From Klebsormidium nitens (taxonomy: Eukaryota > Plantae > Klebsormidiophyceae), in contig DF237191.1 of NCBI GenBank assembly GCA_000708835.1, positions 1 through 64,000 of the forward strand: a stretch of 64,000 nucleotides of DNA, in the 5' to 3' direction. The translations under genes were made by a program, and so were the position numbers. The first letter of the stretch is position 1, and the number at the start of each line of letters is the position of its first letter. Below are positions 1-12,500 of this stretch, piece after piece. The notes under the pieces are model-generated. The model was not told where the DNA came from, ran no database searches, and saw only the letters and a list, made by a program, of their open reading frames with translations.

Positions 1-533
1 CGACTAACTTCGAACGTCGAAAATCTTCAAATACCAACTTGATTTCACAGAAAGTATGTACGTACCTTTGCTATTATCAGAGCCGTCCGATAACATCTTT
101 TTAGATCGGAGGGTTCGAATAGATCGACATTCTGTTGCTTTTGCTGCTGAAGTGCAAGTTGGCCAAGCTATTCAAATATGGCGGGAACTGCAGTGAGCAC
201 TGACTGAGCAGTCGGTAGGACGGTGGACCAAGCCTGAGCCTCCTGAGTCCTGCCATTGGGCAAAGTTGCCACATGCAATCTGCCAATCTGCAAACAGTTC
301 GCCACCTGCGGTTGAGACAATCTGGGGCGTTCGTTCTGGCTGGTGAGGCGCAATATTGCTGTTGAGACGGATGCTGAGGAAGGGCTTCATTCTCTCAAGG
401 AGGTTCTGATTGCAGAATTGCTGCCGTGTGTAAAACACAGGGGTGGCTTTCCGACAAAGCAGACTTTGTGGTGAAGATTATCCGACGATGCATGGGGCGC
501 TCGATCGGCCATGCACCCACGGTCTCCCCATCA

Positions 534-3500
534 ATGCTTAGGCACACTCTATGCAGACTTTCACACACAGCTAACCTGGTTCTTGGGCCAGCTTACCGTC
601 ATATTTTAGTTCCGCCCAGGTTAAGCTCTCTTGCCATCAATCTGCCTCCTGACACTCCAAGTTTTGGGACTCTAGTGTCAGGTGCACAGCGTTTGCATTT
701 GGAGCGAGTCCCTTCTCGGTCATTGCTAGCGAGCAATACTCAGCTCTATCCAAGCTTCCATTCAGCAGGAGGAGGTTCTGTAGGGGTTGTGAGCATGAAA
801 GAAGACAAGGAGGCTGTGCCTATTCCCGCAGCGAAGGGGAGGCAGACCTCCATAGCATCCTTTTTCGGCGCAAAACCTGGCCACAAAGCCAAAGCCGCAG
901 AAAAGGCCACGGCACCTGGGGTCGCTGCAAAGGATGTAGTCCAACCGGAGATACAAGGAGAGAATGTGGAGAAGAAAAAGCGAGTCAGGAATGAGACAAA
1001 GCGGGCTCTTGAGAAAGCGCTCGGTGTGGTGGCGCCCATCTCTGAAGCAGTGGTGAAAGCAGCAGACGCTGTTGAGGCTGTCGCGGCACCCCCAGATGAT
1101 AGGCACGATCCAGAGGCTGTTGCAAACTCTGATCATGTAGCTGGAATGAAGAAAGCCCCCGAGGAAGGTGTTCTGGGTGAGGAAGAGGCTGCTCCGAAAG
1201 CGAAGCGACGTCGGCGCTTGGTGAAGGCGTCTGATGCCGAAGAAGTCAAGAAAGTACCGTTGGAGGGGCGGGCTGAAGAGGAAGTCAATGAGAGCTTTGA
1301 AACAGAGGCGGCCGGTGCAGCAGTTGAACCTACGCCTGCGGCTGACGAACAAGCTATGGAAGAGGATACACTGGGGAAGGGCGCGGAGCAAGCGGGGAAA
1401 GATAGCACGCAGCATGTGAGGTCCTTCTTCACACGGAAAGCTCCCAAGAGAGCATCTCCCAAGAAAGAAGTGGGGACGGAAAGGCAAGAAGGGAAGGCCG
1501 AGGATGATGAAGCAGGCAAGGGAACAGCAAAAGGTGCGCTGAAGAAGGGGAAAGCCGAAGCTTTTGAAGGCGTGCAAGCGGTAATCCCTGCAGCGGAGGT
1601 GTCTGAGCGGGAGAAGAGCCCCAGTCCTGAGGAGGTTGAGGACGAGGACCTGGGGGAGACGCTTCTAGTTACGGAGGCGGTGAGTAAAGTTAGTTCATTT
1701 ACGCTGCGCACCGATCTTGTGATTGAGTATCGGATCAGGCACAGTGTGCATTCAATTTACACTGGTGTGCTGTGGTCTCTCATCACAATGTTTGAATCAG
1801 CGTTGAGCTTTGTAGGAGAGATCAATTGCGCCGACAGGATGTCTGATGATGTTTGCGTCTCAAGGGTCAAAACCAGGAGGAAACCTGTCAGGAGTTTGTC
1901 TCGAAGCTGCTTTTCAATCAGAAAGGAAGGCTGTCCAGATACTGATTTTTAGGCACCCACTTCTGACAAGCGCCAGATGCATTGCCTGTCATACTCCCAG
2001 GTACTTGATGATTTAGATACGCTTGCTTCTCTTCGTCACTTTGTCAACCCGCTCATTTAGTTCTTATTTCAGAACGTTTGTACAAACTCGCTTTTGTACA
2101 TGAGACCCGTTGATTGTGTCTAGACATCATGTTGTACTGTCTCGATTATCCTGAACCATCGTTGGATGTAATTTTCGGTGTCTGAGTTGCATTCCAATCT
2201 AACGTGTTGCACCTGGTTCTCGGCAGGCACTTGAACAGGAGGAGGAGGCAGCCCCAAGTAAAGCTGCGAAAAAGAAAGCAGGTGAGCTCAAACAGATAAT
2301 CCGGCTTTGTCTCACCTTTTGAGCAACCTCGAGCCAGCATTCAAAAGTATATGTCTGAGCATATCCTGGAGACTTAGGACAACTATGATTCTTGCCACTT
2401 GTACTCATCCTCAGTTAGATGGGGTGTAAGACGTCAGAAGCGTGGTCATTAAAACCATCTCACGAATACTTTGGCATAGGACCAAAAGCCAAAGCAAAAC
2501 CGAAGGCTAAGGGCGCTCCTGGGATTGGCGATGGTCTGACGGCCTTAGCAACCAAGCATGCATCATATGACCCATTGAAGGCGGCCACCTGGAAGCCAGG
2601 GGAACGGGTCCCTTTCTTGTTCCTTGCACAGGCGTTGGACGGTGAGAGCCAAACGCCGTCTCTCAGTAGTACGCTTGGACAACGTCCCTCTCCATCGGGA
2701 CATGAAAGGACTGTCGAAGTGCTGATTTGACGTGCAAAAGTTCTGCTGTTACGTGCTTTTTGGACTTTAATTACCTGGGCTTACTGGTACAGGGACAGTC
2801 TATGAAAGGCAATCGAGGCCACCTTCTCAGAACTGGCTAGATGCTTCTTGGGTTATCTTTCAACTGCCGCAATTCAATAACGTGCAAGATCCCTCCTTGA
2901 GCTCTCTCCTTCTTCGGGCCACCCAGTCTTGTTTGTTAACGCGACAACTGCTACTGACTAGTGCACGATCACCGGTTGCCCATGGCACGACCAACCTCCT
3001 TCTGCTATCCTTGTCGGCTTGCTTTCAACAGCTCTGTTGGAACGCATATTTTACAAATTCAGGAGCTCTCATTCTTGAGACCTTATGTTTGCCACTCATC
3101 ACTCTGCGCAGCTATCTCGAATGAGAGCGGCCGCCTGGCCATGACCGAGCTCTTGTGCAACGTCTTCCGCACCGTCATCGCAACTAGCCCAGGGGACCTA
3201 TTGCCCGTTGTTTACTTAGTCGCGAATAAGGTGGCGCCAGCTCACGAGGGCGTGGAGCTGGGGATCGGCGAGGCGACGCTCGTGAAGGCGCTCGCGGAAG
3301 CGACGGGCAGGAAGGAGGCGCAGATCAAAATCGACATGAAGGTATGAACGGGGTAGCCACGGTTGATTGCAAAAACTCGTTCGTTATCCTTAAGGCTACG
3401 TCATTAATTATTAGCAAGAAGTGGAGTTACCGTTGAGTACAGCCCACAAAATATAGAAGAATGGTGACTTCAGCCCGCATTCGTTTGTCACTCGGCTTTC

Positions 3501-6500
3501 TACGAACAGTGGATTCGGCAGCGCACTCTGTTTTTTGTCGCGTTTCCCAAGAGTCCAACCTCTGGTCTTTAAAGCCATTCCAACTTTCTCGCGATCAATC
3601 CGATCCTATCCAGAAATCGAGACTTCTGCTTTCCCTCTCAAGCTCGTGCAGTTGGCATTAATTTATTCATGTTTTCTCGCCTCCTCTATCTCAGAAAGCC
3701 AGGGAGCTCGTTTTCCGAAGTCGAGACTTCCGCATTCCCTCCCAAGCTCGTGCAGTTACCAAAACGTTATTCAAATGCGGTTCTCTTGTCCATGACAGAA
3801 AGCCGGAGACTTGGGCATCGTGGCACAGGCCAGTCGGACAACCCAGCGCACTATGTTTCCGAGCGCTGCGCTCACGTGTGGGAAAGTGCTGGACGAGTTT
3901 CGCTTCATTGCGAAGGTAAGAAGAGATCAGAAGACTTCGATCAACGGCTTCGGCGCCAGCCAGCTGTGCTCGTCACGACGTCTCGTCGCCGGTCGCACAG
4001 ACACTGAGAGATTACCGGACGAGTGCAGACACCTCTTTTCAAACACCTTTGCTCGAACGGCGCAGCTGCTTGTCGTCTCGAACTTGGAAACCTTTGAATT
4101 GAATCCTCAACCGTTTGTTTGCTCTCCCTCCAACCCGCACGACTCAATTTGTTGCATCTTTATCTTTATCTTTATCTTTATCTCATGTAACAGACGCCAG
4201 TCCTTTTGTTGTTACAGCTCGTGACCAATTCCGTATTTTCCCCCCTTTCCTAGGAGTCCGGCACTGCGAGTCAGGACAAGAAGCGGGCGCGCATAAAGGC
4301 CCTGCTGGTTGCTGCCCGGGAATGCGAACCGCTGTATCTGATGCGACAACTCGGGGTAAGGCTTCTTTCTTCCTTTGCCTCTGCTGTACTTCGTTGCCTG
4401 GCAGATCGAGCAAACTTGAAGGATCTCAGTTTTGTAACGAAGAGCTGTTTGGTATGGTCTATCTTCGGTCAGAAGGTTTGCGTATTGTTTTGCTAGAGTG
4501 AGGGGTTTGGTCAAGGGTAACCGTACGACCAAGGTGTGAGTCCAAATAAATAATTGATTATATGAGTTCGAAAAGTTGGAAATTCCGGATAATGAGTCGC
4601 ATTCTGCTTTTTGTGAAACCGGAAATAATTGCTACATTCCATTCGGCAAGTAATTCGTCAAGCCGTATAGCTGAACAATACGTACCGATCGGCCTTGAAA
4701 GCGATGTACAAAAAACAAGTGTACATCGTACCGATACTTTCGATCTTGGTTTTGAACAGGGCCACCTTCAGTGGAGCCCTGATTGCCTTCCAGAATGGAC
4801 GAGGGTATCGTTAATAAAAACTTTCAGAACGTGAGGGGTTCGGGCAGGCATTAATTGAACGACTCAGGGGATGGGGACGTTGCATGTCTGCCCCTGTGAA
4901 GCGCGAATCACCAAACCAAATTCGGCGCATCTGCTCGCCAACCTGCCACATGCCGCTGCTGTGGCTTTAAAGCGGATCATTTGAATATGCAGGGCAAGAT
5001 GCGGATCGGACTTGCTGAGCAGACGGTCATCTCCGCTTTGGGCCAGGCAGTGGTTTTGTCAGAAGACCCTCCAGTTCCTCCGAAGGACTTACCAGCGCGG
5101 CTTGACGAAGTGAGTTTGAGCAGGCTGGAGCAACTCTTGACGTTTCCTGAATCACAGAAGCAGCTGTTGTCGGCCCTGCTCAGCTACAAAGGATCGAGTC
5201 TGGTGCGGATTCACAGGCGGGCACGTTCATGTAGGAGGATCACAACAATTTTTCTCTTACGACGAGATCATATAACGAAGCATCCAGCATACTAACAAGT
5301 CACTGGCCTCATTCATAATAGCACTCAACAAGCCTTTGCAAATGTGCAGGCTGGCAAGATCATGAAGAAGGTCTACAGCGAGTGCCCCTCCTTCGACGAG
5401 ATCGTGCCCGCGCTGCTGGAGGTCGGTGTGAAACGGCTCCCGGAGGTCTGCCATTTCAAGCTGGGCGTCCCAGTCAAGCCCATGCTGGCCAAGCCCACCA
5501 AAGGCGTCACAGAAGTGCTCGACAAGTTCCAGGACCGGCTGTTCACGTGCGAGTACAAGTACGACGGGGAGCGGGCGCAGGTAAAGCGCTGTGCTGAGGT
5601 CGGGATACTTTCGTTTCAGTGAATTGTTCATTATCCCGGTAGCTACTTACGATATTGAGTTTGAGCTCGAAACCAGCTGTCAACGTAGGGTTCACGTGCG
5701 TGTATAAGTTTGACGGGGAGCGGGCGCAGGTGAGGCATTTGCGATCAGACAGTTTAGTTCTTTCACGAGAAACGGGGGGGCTGCCGCCCCCCCGAAGCCC
5801 CCCTCTTCTTCTTTGTTTAGTCTCTGCTTCGTTGCACGAAAGCCGACGAAAAGGCGTCTGTATGAACGAATTCCTTCGGAAGAAGCAGTCTCCCTCGTAC
5901 CATTTCTCGAAGTTGTGAGATACTCAGATCGAAAGGCCTGGTGCACAGCACAAGTGGTCGTACTTGCAAAGATGTTCGTTTGTGAATGCTGGGGGCAAAG
6001 ATTAAGCTCCCGGGAACGTAGAAGAATTGTATCTGCGCATCTTAGTTGTGACCTCGGCGGGCTGGGGTTCTTATGCCGAAAAGAGTTAAGATGAAGCGGG
6101 CAATCTAGTTGATAGCAAGGTCAAATTGGACAGAAGCTTTGAGGACTAGTCCCAGAGCGTAGCAGAGTTGGAGCAATGAATTGAGACTGACGACAAATCG
6201 GACAGAGATTAGGACCGACCGGACGAACGTCTCGCTCTGCTACTCAGGTACACGGCTTCGAGGACGGCAGCATCTTCGTGTACAGTCGGAGCGCCGAGAA
6301 CGTGACGGAACGATACCCGGACATTCGGGACAGCATTGCAAAGTGAGCATCTTGCCAGTTGGAAAGTGCATGAATCGACGCGTAACGATCCAACATTTGT
6401 CAAAGAAGGTTTTCTTGTTCGTACGCTTCAGTAAAAGCTCACTGCACCTGGGACAGAGGGGCCGGCCTGCTCTATGTGGCTGTTAGNNNNNNNNNNNNNN

Positions 6501-9500
6501 NNNNNNNNNNNNNNNNNNNNNNNNNNNNNNNNNNNNNNNNNNNNNNNNNNNNNNNNNNNNNNNNNNNNNNNNNNNNNNNNNNNNNNNNNNNNNNNNNNNN
6601 NNNNNNNNNNNNNNNNNNNNNNNNNNNNNNNNNNNNNNNNNNNNNNNNNNNNNNNNNNNNNNNNNNNNNNNNNNNNNNNNNNNNNNNNNNNNNNNNNNNN
6701 NNNNNNNNNNNNNNNNNNNNNNNNNNNNNNNNNNNNNNNNNNNNNNNNNNNNNNNNNNNNNNNNNNNNNNNNNNNNNNNNNNNNNNNNNNNNNNNNNNNN
6801 NNNNNNNNNNNNNNNNNNNNNNNNNNNNNNNNNNNNNNNNNNNNNNNNNNNNNNNNNNNNNNNNNNNNNNNNNNNNNNNNNNNNNNNNNNNNNNNNNNNN
6901 NNNNNNNNNNNNNNNNNNNNNNNNNNNNNNNNNNNNNNNNNNNNNNNNNNNNNNNNNNNNNNNNNNNNNNNNNNNNNNNNNNNNNNNNNNNNNNNNNNNN
7001 NNNNNNNNNNNNNNNNNNNNNNNNNNNNNNNNNNNNNNNNNNNNNNNNNNNNNNNNNNNNNNNNNNNNNNNNNNNNNNNNNNNNNNNNNNNNNNNNNNNN
7101 NNNNNNNNNNNNNNNNNNNNNNNNNNNNNNNNNNNNNNNNNNNNNNNNNNNNNNNNNNNNNNNNNNNNNNNNNNNNNNNNNNNNNNNNNNNNNNNNNNNN
7201 NNNNNNNNNNNNNNNNNNNNNNNNNNNNNNNNNNNNNNNNNNNNNNTGTTAGAATCATGTCTTGCGCGTGTGCTGTTCGCAGGGCGCTCAGGCAGGTTTG
7301 TGGTGTAACTTGTCGAAGCTTCTCCAAAGCTGTCTGTCTCACTACGACCGGGAAGAAAGCTTAAAAGACTGTCTCAACATGACCCGTTTTCCTGCGAAAG
7401 GGTGAGTTTCATCTTCTGCCGCCAGAATTGCCGCATAATTTACTTTCTGCTCGCTGCTTTGCAGGTACGTGAAGCCGGAGACGAAGTCGTTTGTTATCGA
7501 TTGCGAAGCCGTGGCGTATGATCGGGTCAAAGACAAGATCCTGCCCTTCCAGGTGAACCCCGCTTGTCTGCTCAAACTTTGCCGCATTGAACCGTGTTGT
7601 GAGATGTTGGTTGTTCAAGATTTGTAGTGATATCCGAGAATGCAGGATCAAGAACCGCCAAGAAACGTCTGCCTATTGAGAATCTTTTGGACTTCAAAGG
7701 TTGGTTCATTCAGATTACGTGCTCGGCGCATACGCCGCGGCAGGTTGAAGGGGGGCTCGTGAAGCAGCGCACAAGAACGGCGGGAGAAGGTGTAGTTTGT
7801 CGATTGTCTCTTAAAATCCTGATCTTATTGGTGATCCAAGTGCTCAGCACGCACGCAAGCAAATCAACTGGCGGATATGAGGTTCCAGCTGGGCTCCTAC
7901 GGATTTCACCTCGTACCGCTCGATACGGAGGGGCTTAGCTAATTGTTTACTCACTTCTATATGAGGCGAATTCGTCTCTTCCCACCTAGGTGTTGAGCAC
8001 GCGCGCCCGAAAGCAGGTCCAGACGGCGGACATCAAGGTGCAGCTGTGCTTATACGCTTTCGACGTGCTGTATCTGAACAGAGAGGCACTCGTCGAACAG
8101 CAGCTGCGAGAACGGCGCGAGAAGACGCACCCTCAGAAAACTGCGTTCCAACTTTTTATCGCTCCTCCTTTCAGGTGCTGAGCACACGCGCGCGGAAGCA
8201 GGTCCAAACGGCGGTTATTAAGGTGCAGCTGTGCTTATACGCGTTCGACCTGCTATATCTGAAGGGAACGGCGCTCGTTAGAACAGCAGCTGCGAGTACG
8301 GCGCGAGAGAATGCACCCAACAGCCAGACCTGACCCCTTCGGTTTCAATTTTCAGGTCCTGAGCACACGCGCGCGGAAACAGGTGCAAACNNNNNNNNNN
8401 NNNNNNNNNNNNNNNNNNNNNNNNNNNNNNNNNNNNNNNNNNNNNNNNNNNNNNNNNNNNNNNNNNNNNNNNNNNNNNNNNNNNNNNNNNNNNNNNNNNN
8501 NNNNNNNNNNNNNNNNNNNNNNNNNNNNNNNNNNNNNNNNNNNNNNNNNNNNNNNNNNNNNNNNNNNNNNNNNNNNNNNNNNNNNNNNNNNNNNNNNNNN
8601 NNNNNNNNNNNNNNNNNNNNNNNNNNNNNNNNNNNNNNNNNNNNNNNNNNNNNNNNNNNNNNNNNNNNNNNNNNNNNNNNNNNNNNNNNNNNNNNNNNNN
8701 NNNNNNNNNNNNNNNNNNNNNNNNNNNNNNNNNNNNNNNNNNNNNNNNNNNNNNNNNNNNNNNNNNNNNNNNNNNNNNNNNNNNNNNNNNNNNNNNNNNN
8801 NNNNNNNNNNNNNNNNNNNNNNNNNNNNNNNNNNNNNNNNNNNNNNNNNNNNNNNNNNNNNNNNNNNNNNNNNNNNNNNNNNNNNNNNNNNNNNNNNNNN
8901 NNNNNNNNNNNNNNNNNNNNNNNNNNNNNNNNNNNNNNNNNNNNNNNNNNNNNNNNNNNNNNNNNNNNNNNNNNNNNNNNNNNNNNNNNNNNNNNNNNNN
9001 NNNNNNNNNNNNNNNNNNNNNNNNNNNNNNNNNNNNNNNNNNNNNNNNNNNNNNNNNNNNNNNNNNNNNNNNNNNNNNNNNNNNNNNNNNNNNNNNNNNN
9101 NNNNNNNNNNNNNNNNNNNNNNNNNNNNNNNNNNNNNNNNNNNNNNNNNNNNNNNNNNNNNNNNNNNNNNNNNNNNNNNNNNNNAGGTCCTGAGCACACG
9201 CGCGCGGAAACAGGTGCAAACGGCGGATATCAAGGTGCAGCTGTGCTTATACGCGTTCGACCTTCTGTACCTGAACGGGGAGGCGCTGATCGAAGAGCAG
9301 CTGCGGGAACGGAGGGAGAAGCTGTTCGGCGCGTTTGAAGAGGTCAAGGGCGAGTTCCAGTTCGCCAAGACGATCACGAGCCGGGAGTTGGAGGAGATGC
9401 AGCAGTTCTTGAACGATGCGGTGGACCACAGGTCAGTCGTTACTAAAGGCTACAAAGTAAGAAAACTCTGGAGCTTGTCTTCGATGATCGCTCCTCAAAG

Positions 9501-12500
9501 TTTTAGTCTTCAAGAAAAACGCAAGTACGTTGGTTAGATTTTCCTCCTGTCTTGTCGTCCTCCTGAGGTCCGGGTGTGAACGCAAGCGTTTCGGTGTGGC
9601 AGCAGCGATGAAACATCCGGTTCTGTTTATATCGGTGGTAAATTGTTATTAGGATTTGAGACGATTGCCAAAGTTGTTGTGGAGCCACGCTGGTTGGTCA
9701 TGGGCGAGCTTCAGCAAGATTGTCAACCGGAGGAATGCAAGAGTCTTTCTTTCTTAACGGTAAACTGTAGTCCTGGAGTCTTCTTTGGTTCTGCTCACAT
9801 TGACAAGAACGTGACGCATACTCGAGCAGACCCTTGGTCAAATCTAGAGGGACCGATAGCCTAAGAAATCAAGAGCTTTCCCTTTTGCAGTTGCGAAGGG
9901 CTCATTGTGAAGACGTTGACGGAGGAAGCGACCTACGAGCCGTCCCAGCGGTCCAATCACTGGCTCAAGCTGAAAAAGGACTACATGGACACGTGAGCCT
10001 CTGTGCAGCAGCTTCCCGTTGACTCCGATTCTATTGCCTCCGAGCAGTTAACAATCTTAACTGACGCTTAAAGACGTCTGTTGGAGTCAAGCTCGAAAAG
10101 GGTGATTGGACACGTAAGCTTTTCCGCAGCAGCTTTGGCGAGCTCTGGGCTTGTGCAATTTCCCATGTTTGAAACTGCTACTCCAATCAGAGTTTCATAT
10201 CAAAAGTACAGTTTTCCTTCGAAAGTCTTGATTGCAGTGTTGACACCGGAGGTAGGATTCAGCCAGTCAGGCCTGCTTTGTGTAGGCTTCGCAGCTCGGG
10301 GCTATTATTTCAAGGCGAGACCTAAAGGCCGATCCGCGCGCAGACCAGGGCTTTTGCGCGCAGTCCTCTCTCGTAGATGGTCAAACACTGGGAAAGCTCC
10401 CGAGCCCCTGCAACGCGCGGCCGGCCGAATCTCAGAGCCCTGGACACATGCTTCTGTCGTCTTTTGGATTGGCGTAAGTCCTGATCCTGCGTGTGGGGGT
10501 GACTAGACAACAATGCCCAGACCCTTTTAGCCCCTGCAACCCCCGACCAAAAAGCTCAGAATCCAATTGCTTTTCCGTAACGTATCCGACATTCAACGTC
10601 ACGGTTCCATGCAGCGTGGGCGATACCATCGATTTGGTGCCAATCGGGGCGTTCTACGGCGGCGGAAAGCGGGCCGGAGTTTATGGGGCGTACCTGCTCG
10701 CGTGTCACGACGAGGAAAACGACGAGTATCAAGCCATCTCCAAAATCGGTGAGCAGCCACAAGTCTTAGGGAGTGGCTGTGGATCTCTGATCATGGAAAA
10801 TGGTTCGAAGATGGAAAGGGTGAGGATCAGTAAAACTCAGGCCTTTTTTCAAGACAAGTGAGTTGCAGCTTCTTGTTTGAAGGTCAAAGACCCGAGGCGC
10901 GTCAATCATTGGCAGGTGATTTCTGAGGGGGCGGTTGGGCTGTGAAAGAGCAGAAGGGCACCTGGTGGCACCGGAAAGACAAGAAAGACATGCTGGGATC
11001 ATCACTTTGCTCAGGACAGCTGCCTGATACCGGTTGGTGTCCTTGAAAGATCGATGATACGCTTACCAAATCTGGACGGTCCGAGGCCTTTTGTTGGCAT
11101 GTCAATTTTCATTTCCGCGGCCAAGTAAGATACCCCGCTTATATGCCACCAACGAGAGAGACCCAGAGCCAGTCCTTCTGCTCGACCCGGCTCTCCCAGC
11201 TCACTTTGCGAACCGGTGTTCTTGCAGGAACCGGCTTTTCGGACGTCATGCTGACCGAGCGCTTCAACGCGTTGAAGGACCACGTGATTGATGCTCCAAA
11301 GGTACACGTCCTCGAGCACTCAGAAACGCTTCCTTTTCGCGTTCAGACGTTTTCGCTGGTATTCCGCGATCTTGTATGTCGCTCGCTTTTGTTGGAAAAG
11401 CCGGTCGGCATTAACTGTCTCAAGGTGCACTTCTGGCAAGCTTCTGGAGAGCCTTGTTTTGCGAGAGACGTTGACAGAGCCTTGTGCACGTTTGTAACTC
11501 CTTGTTCGTTTGGATTAGTACTCGTCTTGTCTCCTTGACGTTGGCGGACGTCACCTCGTTAAGTGTCCCCTTTGCTGACGTCATCGGTTTTCTGGAAACT
11601 ACCAATAGGAGTTAGAGGCTCTCACTTGCCATGACGTCGCTCGTCGTTCCTCTCTGCTGCTCTCGCGTTGACGAGGTCTTCTCCTTTTCCCACCAGCCAT
11701 ACTACCAAGTGGACGAGACGTTTGCCAAGAAGGTTGACGTCTGGTTCGAGCCCCACGAGGTGGGATTCCATTTTTGCCTTGACTTTCTCCGGAATCCCAT
11801 AACAGCTAGCTACCCTTCGAGAGCGCGACCCTTCCAGTCCGTCTTTTCCTGCGTCTGCCCCCCTCTCTTGCCACTGAGATGTTGCAGAAGCAAGCAGTAG
11901 AATCGAAAGCCGTGCCGCCCTTTTGTGACACTTTCTGCTTTGGTGAAGCGGCTCTCCTTCTTGCGAGTTTGAGATCCTTCGAGCCCGTTGTGCATTCGAA
12001 TGCACGCCCACGAAGAGCATCTCGCATGTCCCTGCATTTCTTGCCTTATAGGCGCAACTTAAACGTTGGCTGTGGCAGGTTTGGGAGGTGAAAGCGGCCG
12101 ACCTGTCCATAAGCCCGCACTATCGAGCTGCGGCTGGTGTCGTTGACCCGTCGAAGGTAAGGAACCGAGACTCTCAGCGGACGCAATTCTATTCCGTGCC
12201 CTCCGCTCTACGATACTATCCGCAGCAGCACACTTCAAGACAAAACACGTGTAGCTTTCTGAACAGGATGTGATGAAATTTGACGGTGACTTCACCTCGT
12301 GGTTGGAGTTCAATCTGGTTCCGGGAACAGAGTAGACGCGAGGACTCGAGGCTCGCAGAAGAAGTGTTTGGCTCTGTCCGTCCTTGAAACATCCATAATG
12401 TGCACAGAGTTGCGAAAGAGCTACACAAGAAAGTAGAGTGCTCTTAATGTGCGTCCAAGTGCATGGGCCATCAGAGGGCGCGAAGCTCGGTGGTTTGACG

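Noticed and set aside
101-438. Minus-strand ORFs at the window start as a divergent gene's first exon
   Set aside because: A possible donor exists near 305, but there is no recognisable domain and the rest would lie outside the window.
7840-8390. Cluster of complete mutually exclusive exons or a second ligase gene
   Set aside because: The copies are truncated, lack the exon's own donor, and contain frameshifts or run into stops. Only partial use via internal AG|GT remains plausible (see finding).
6428-9537. Long ORFs in the track spanning X runs
   Set aside because: They are artefacts of translating N gaps.
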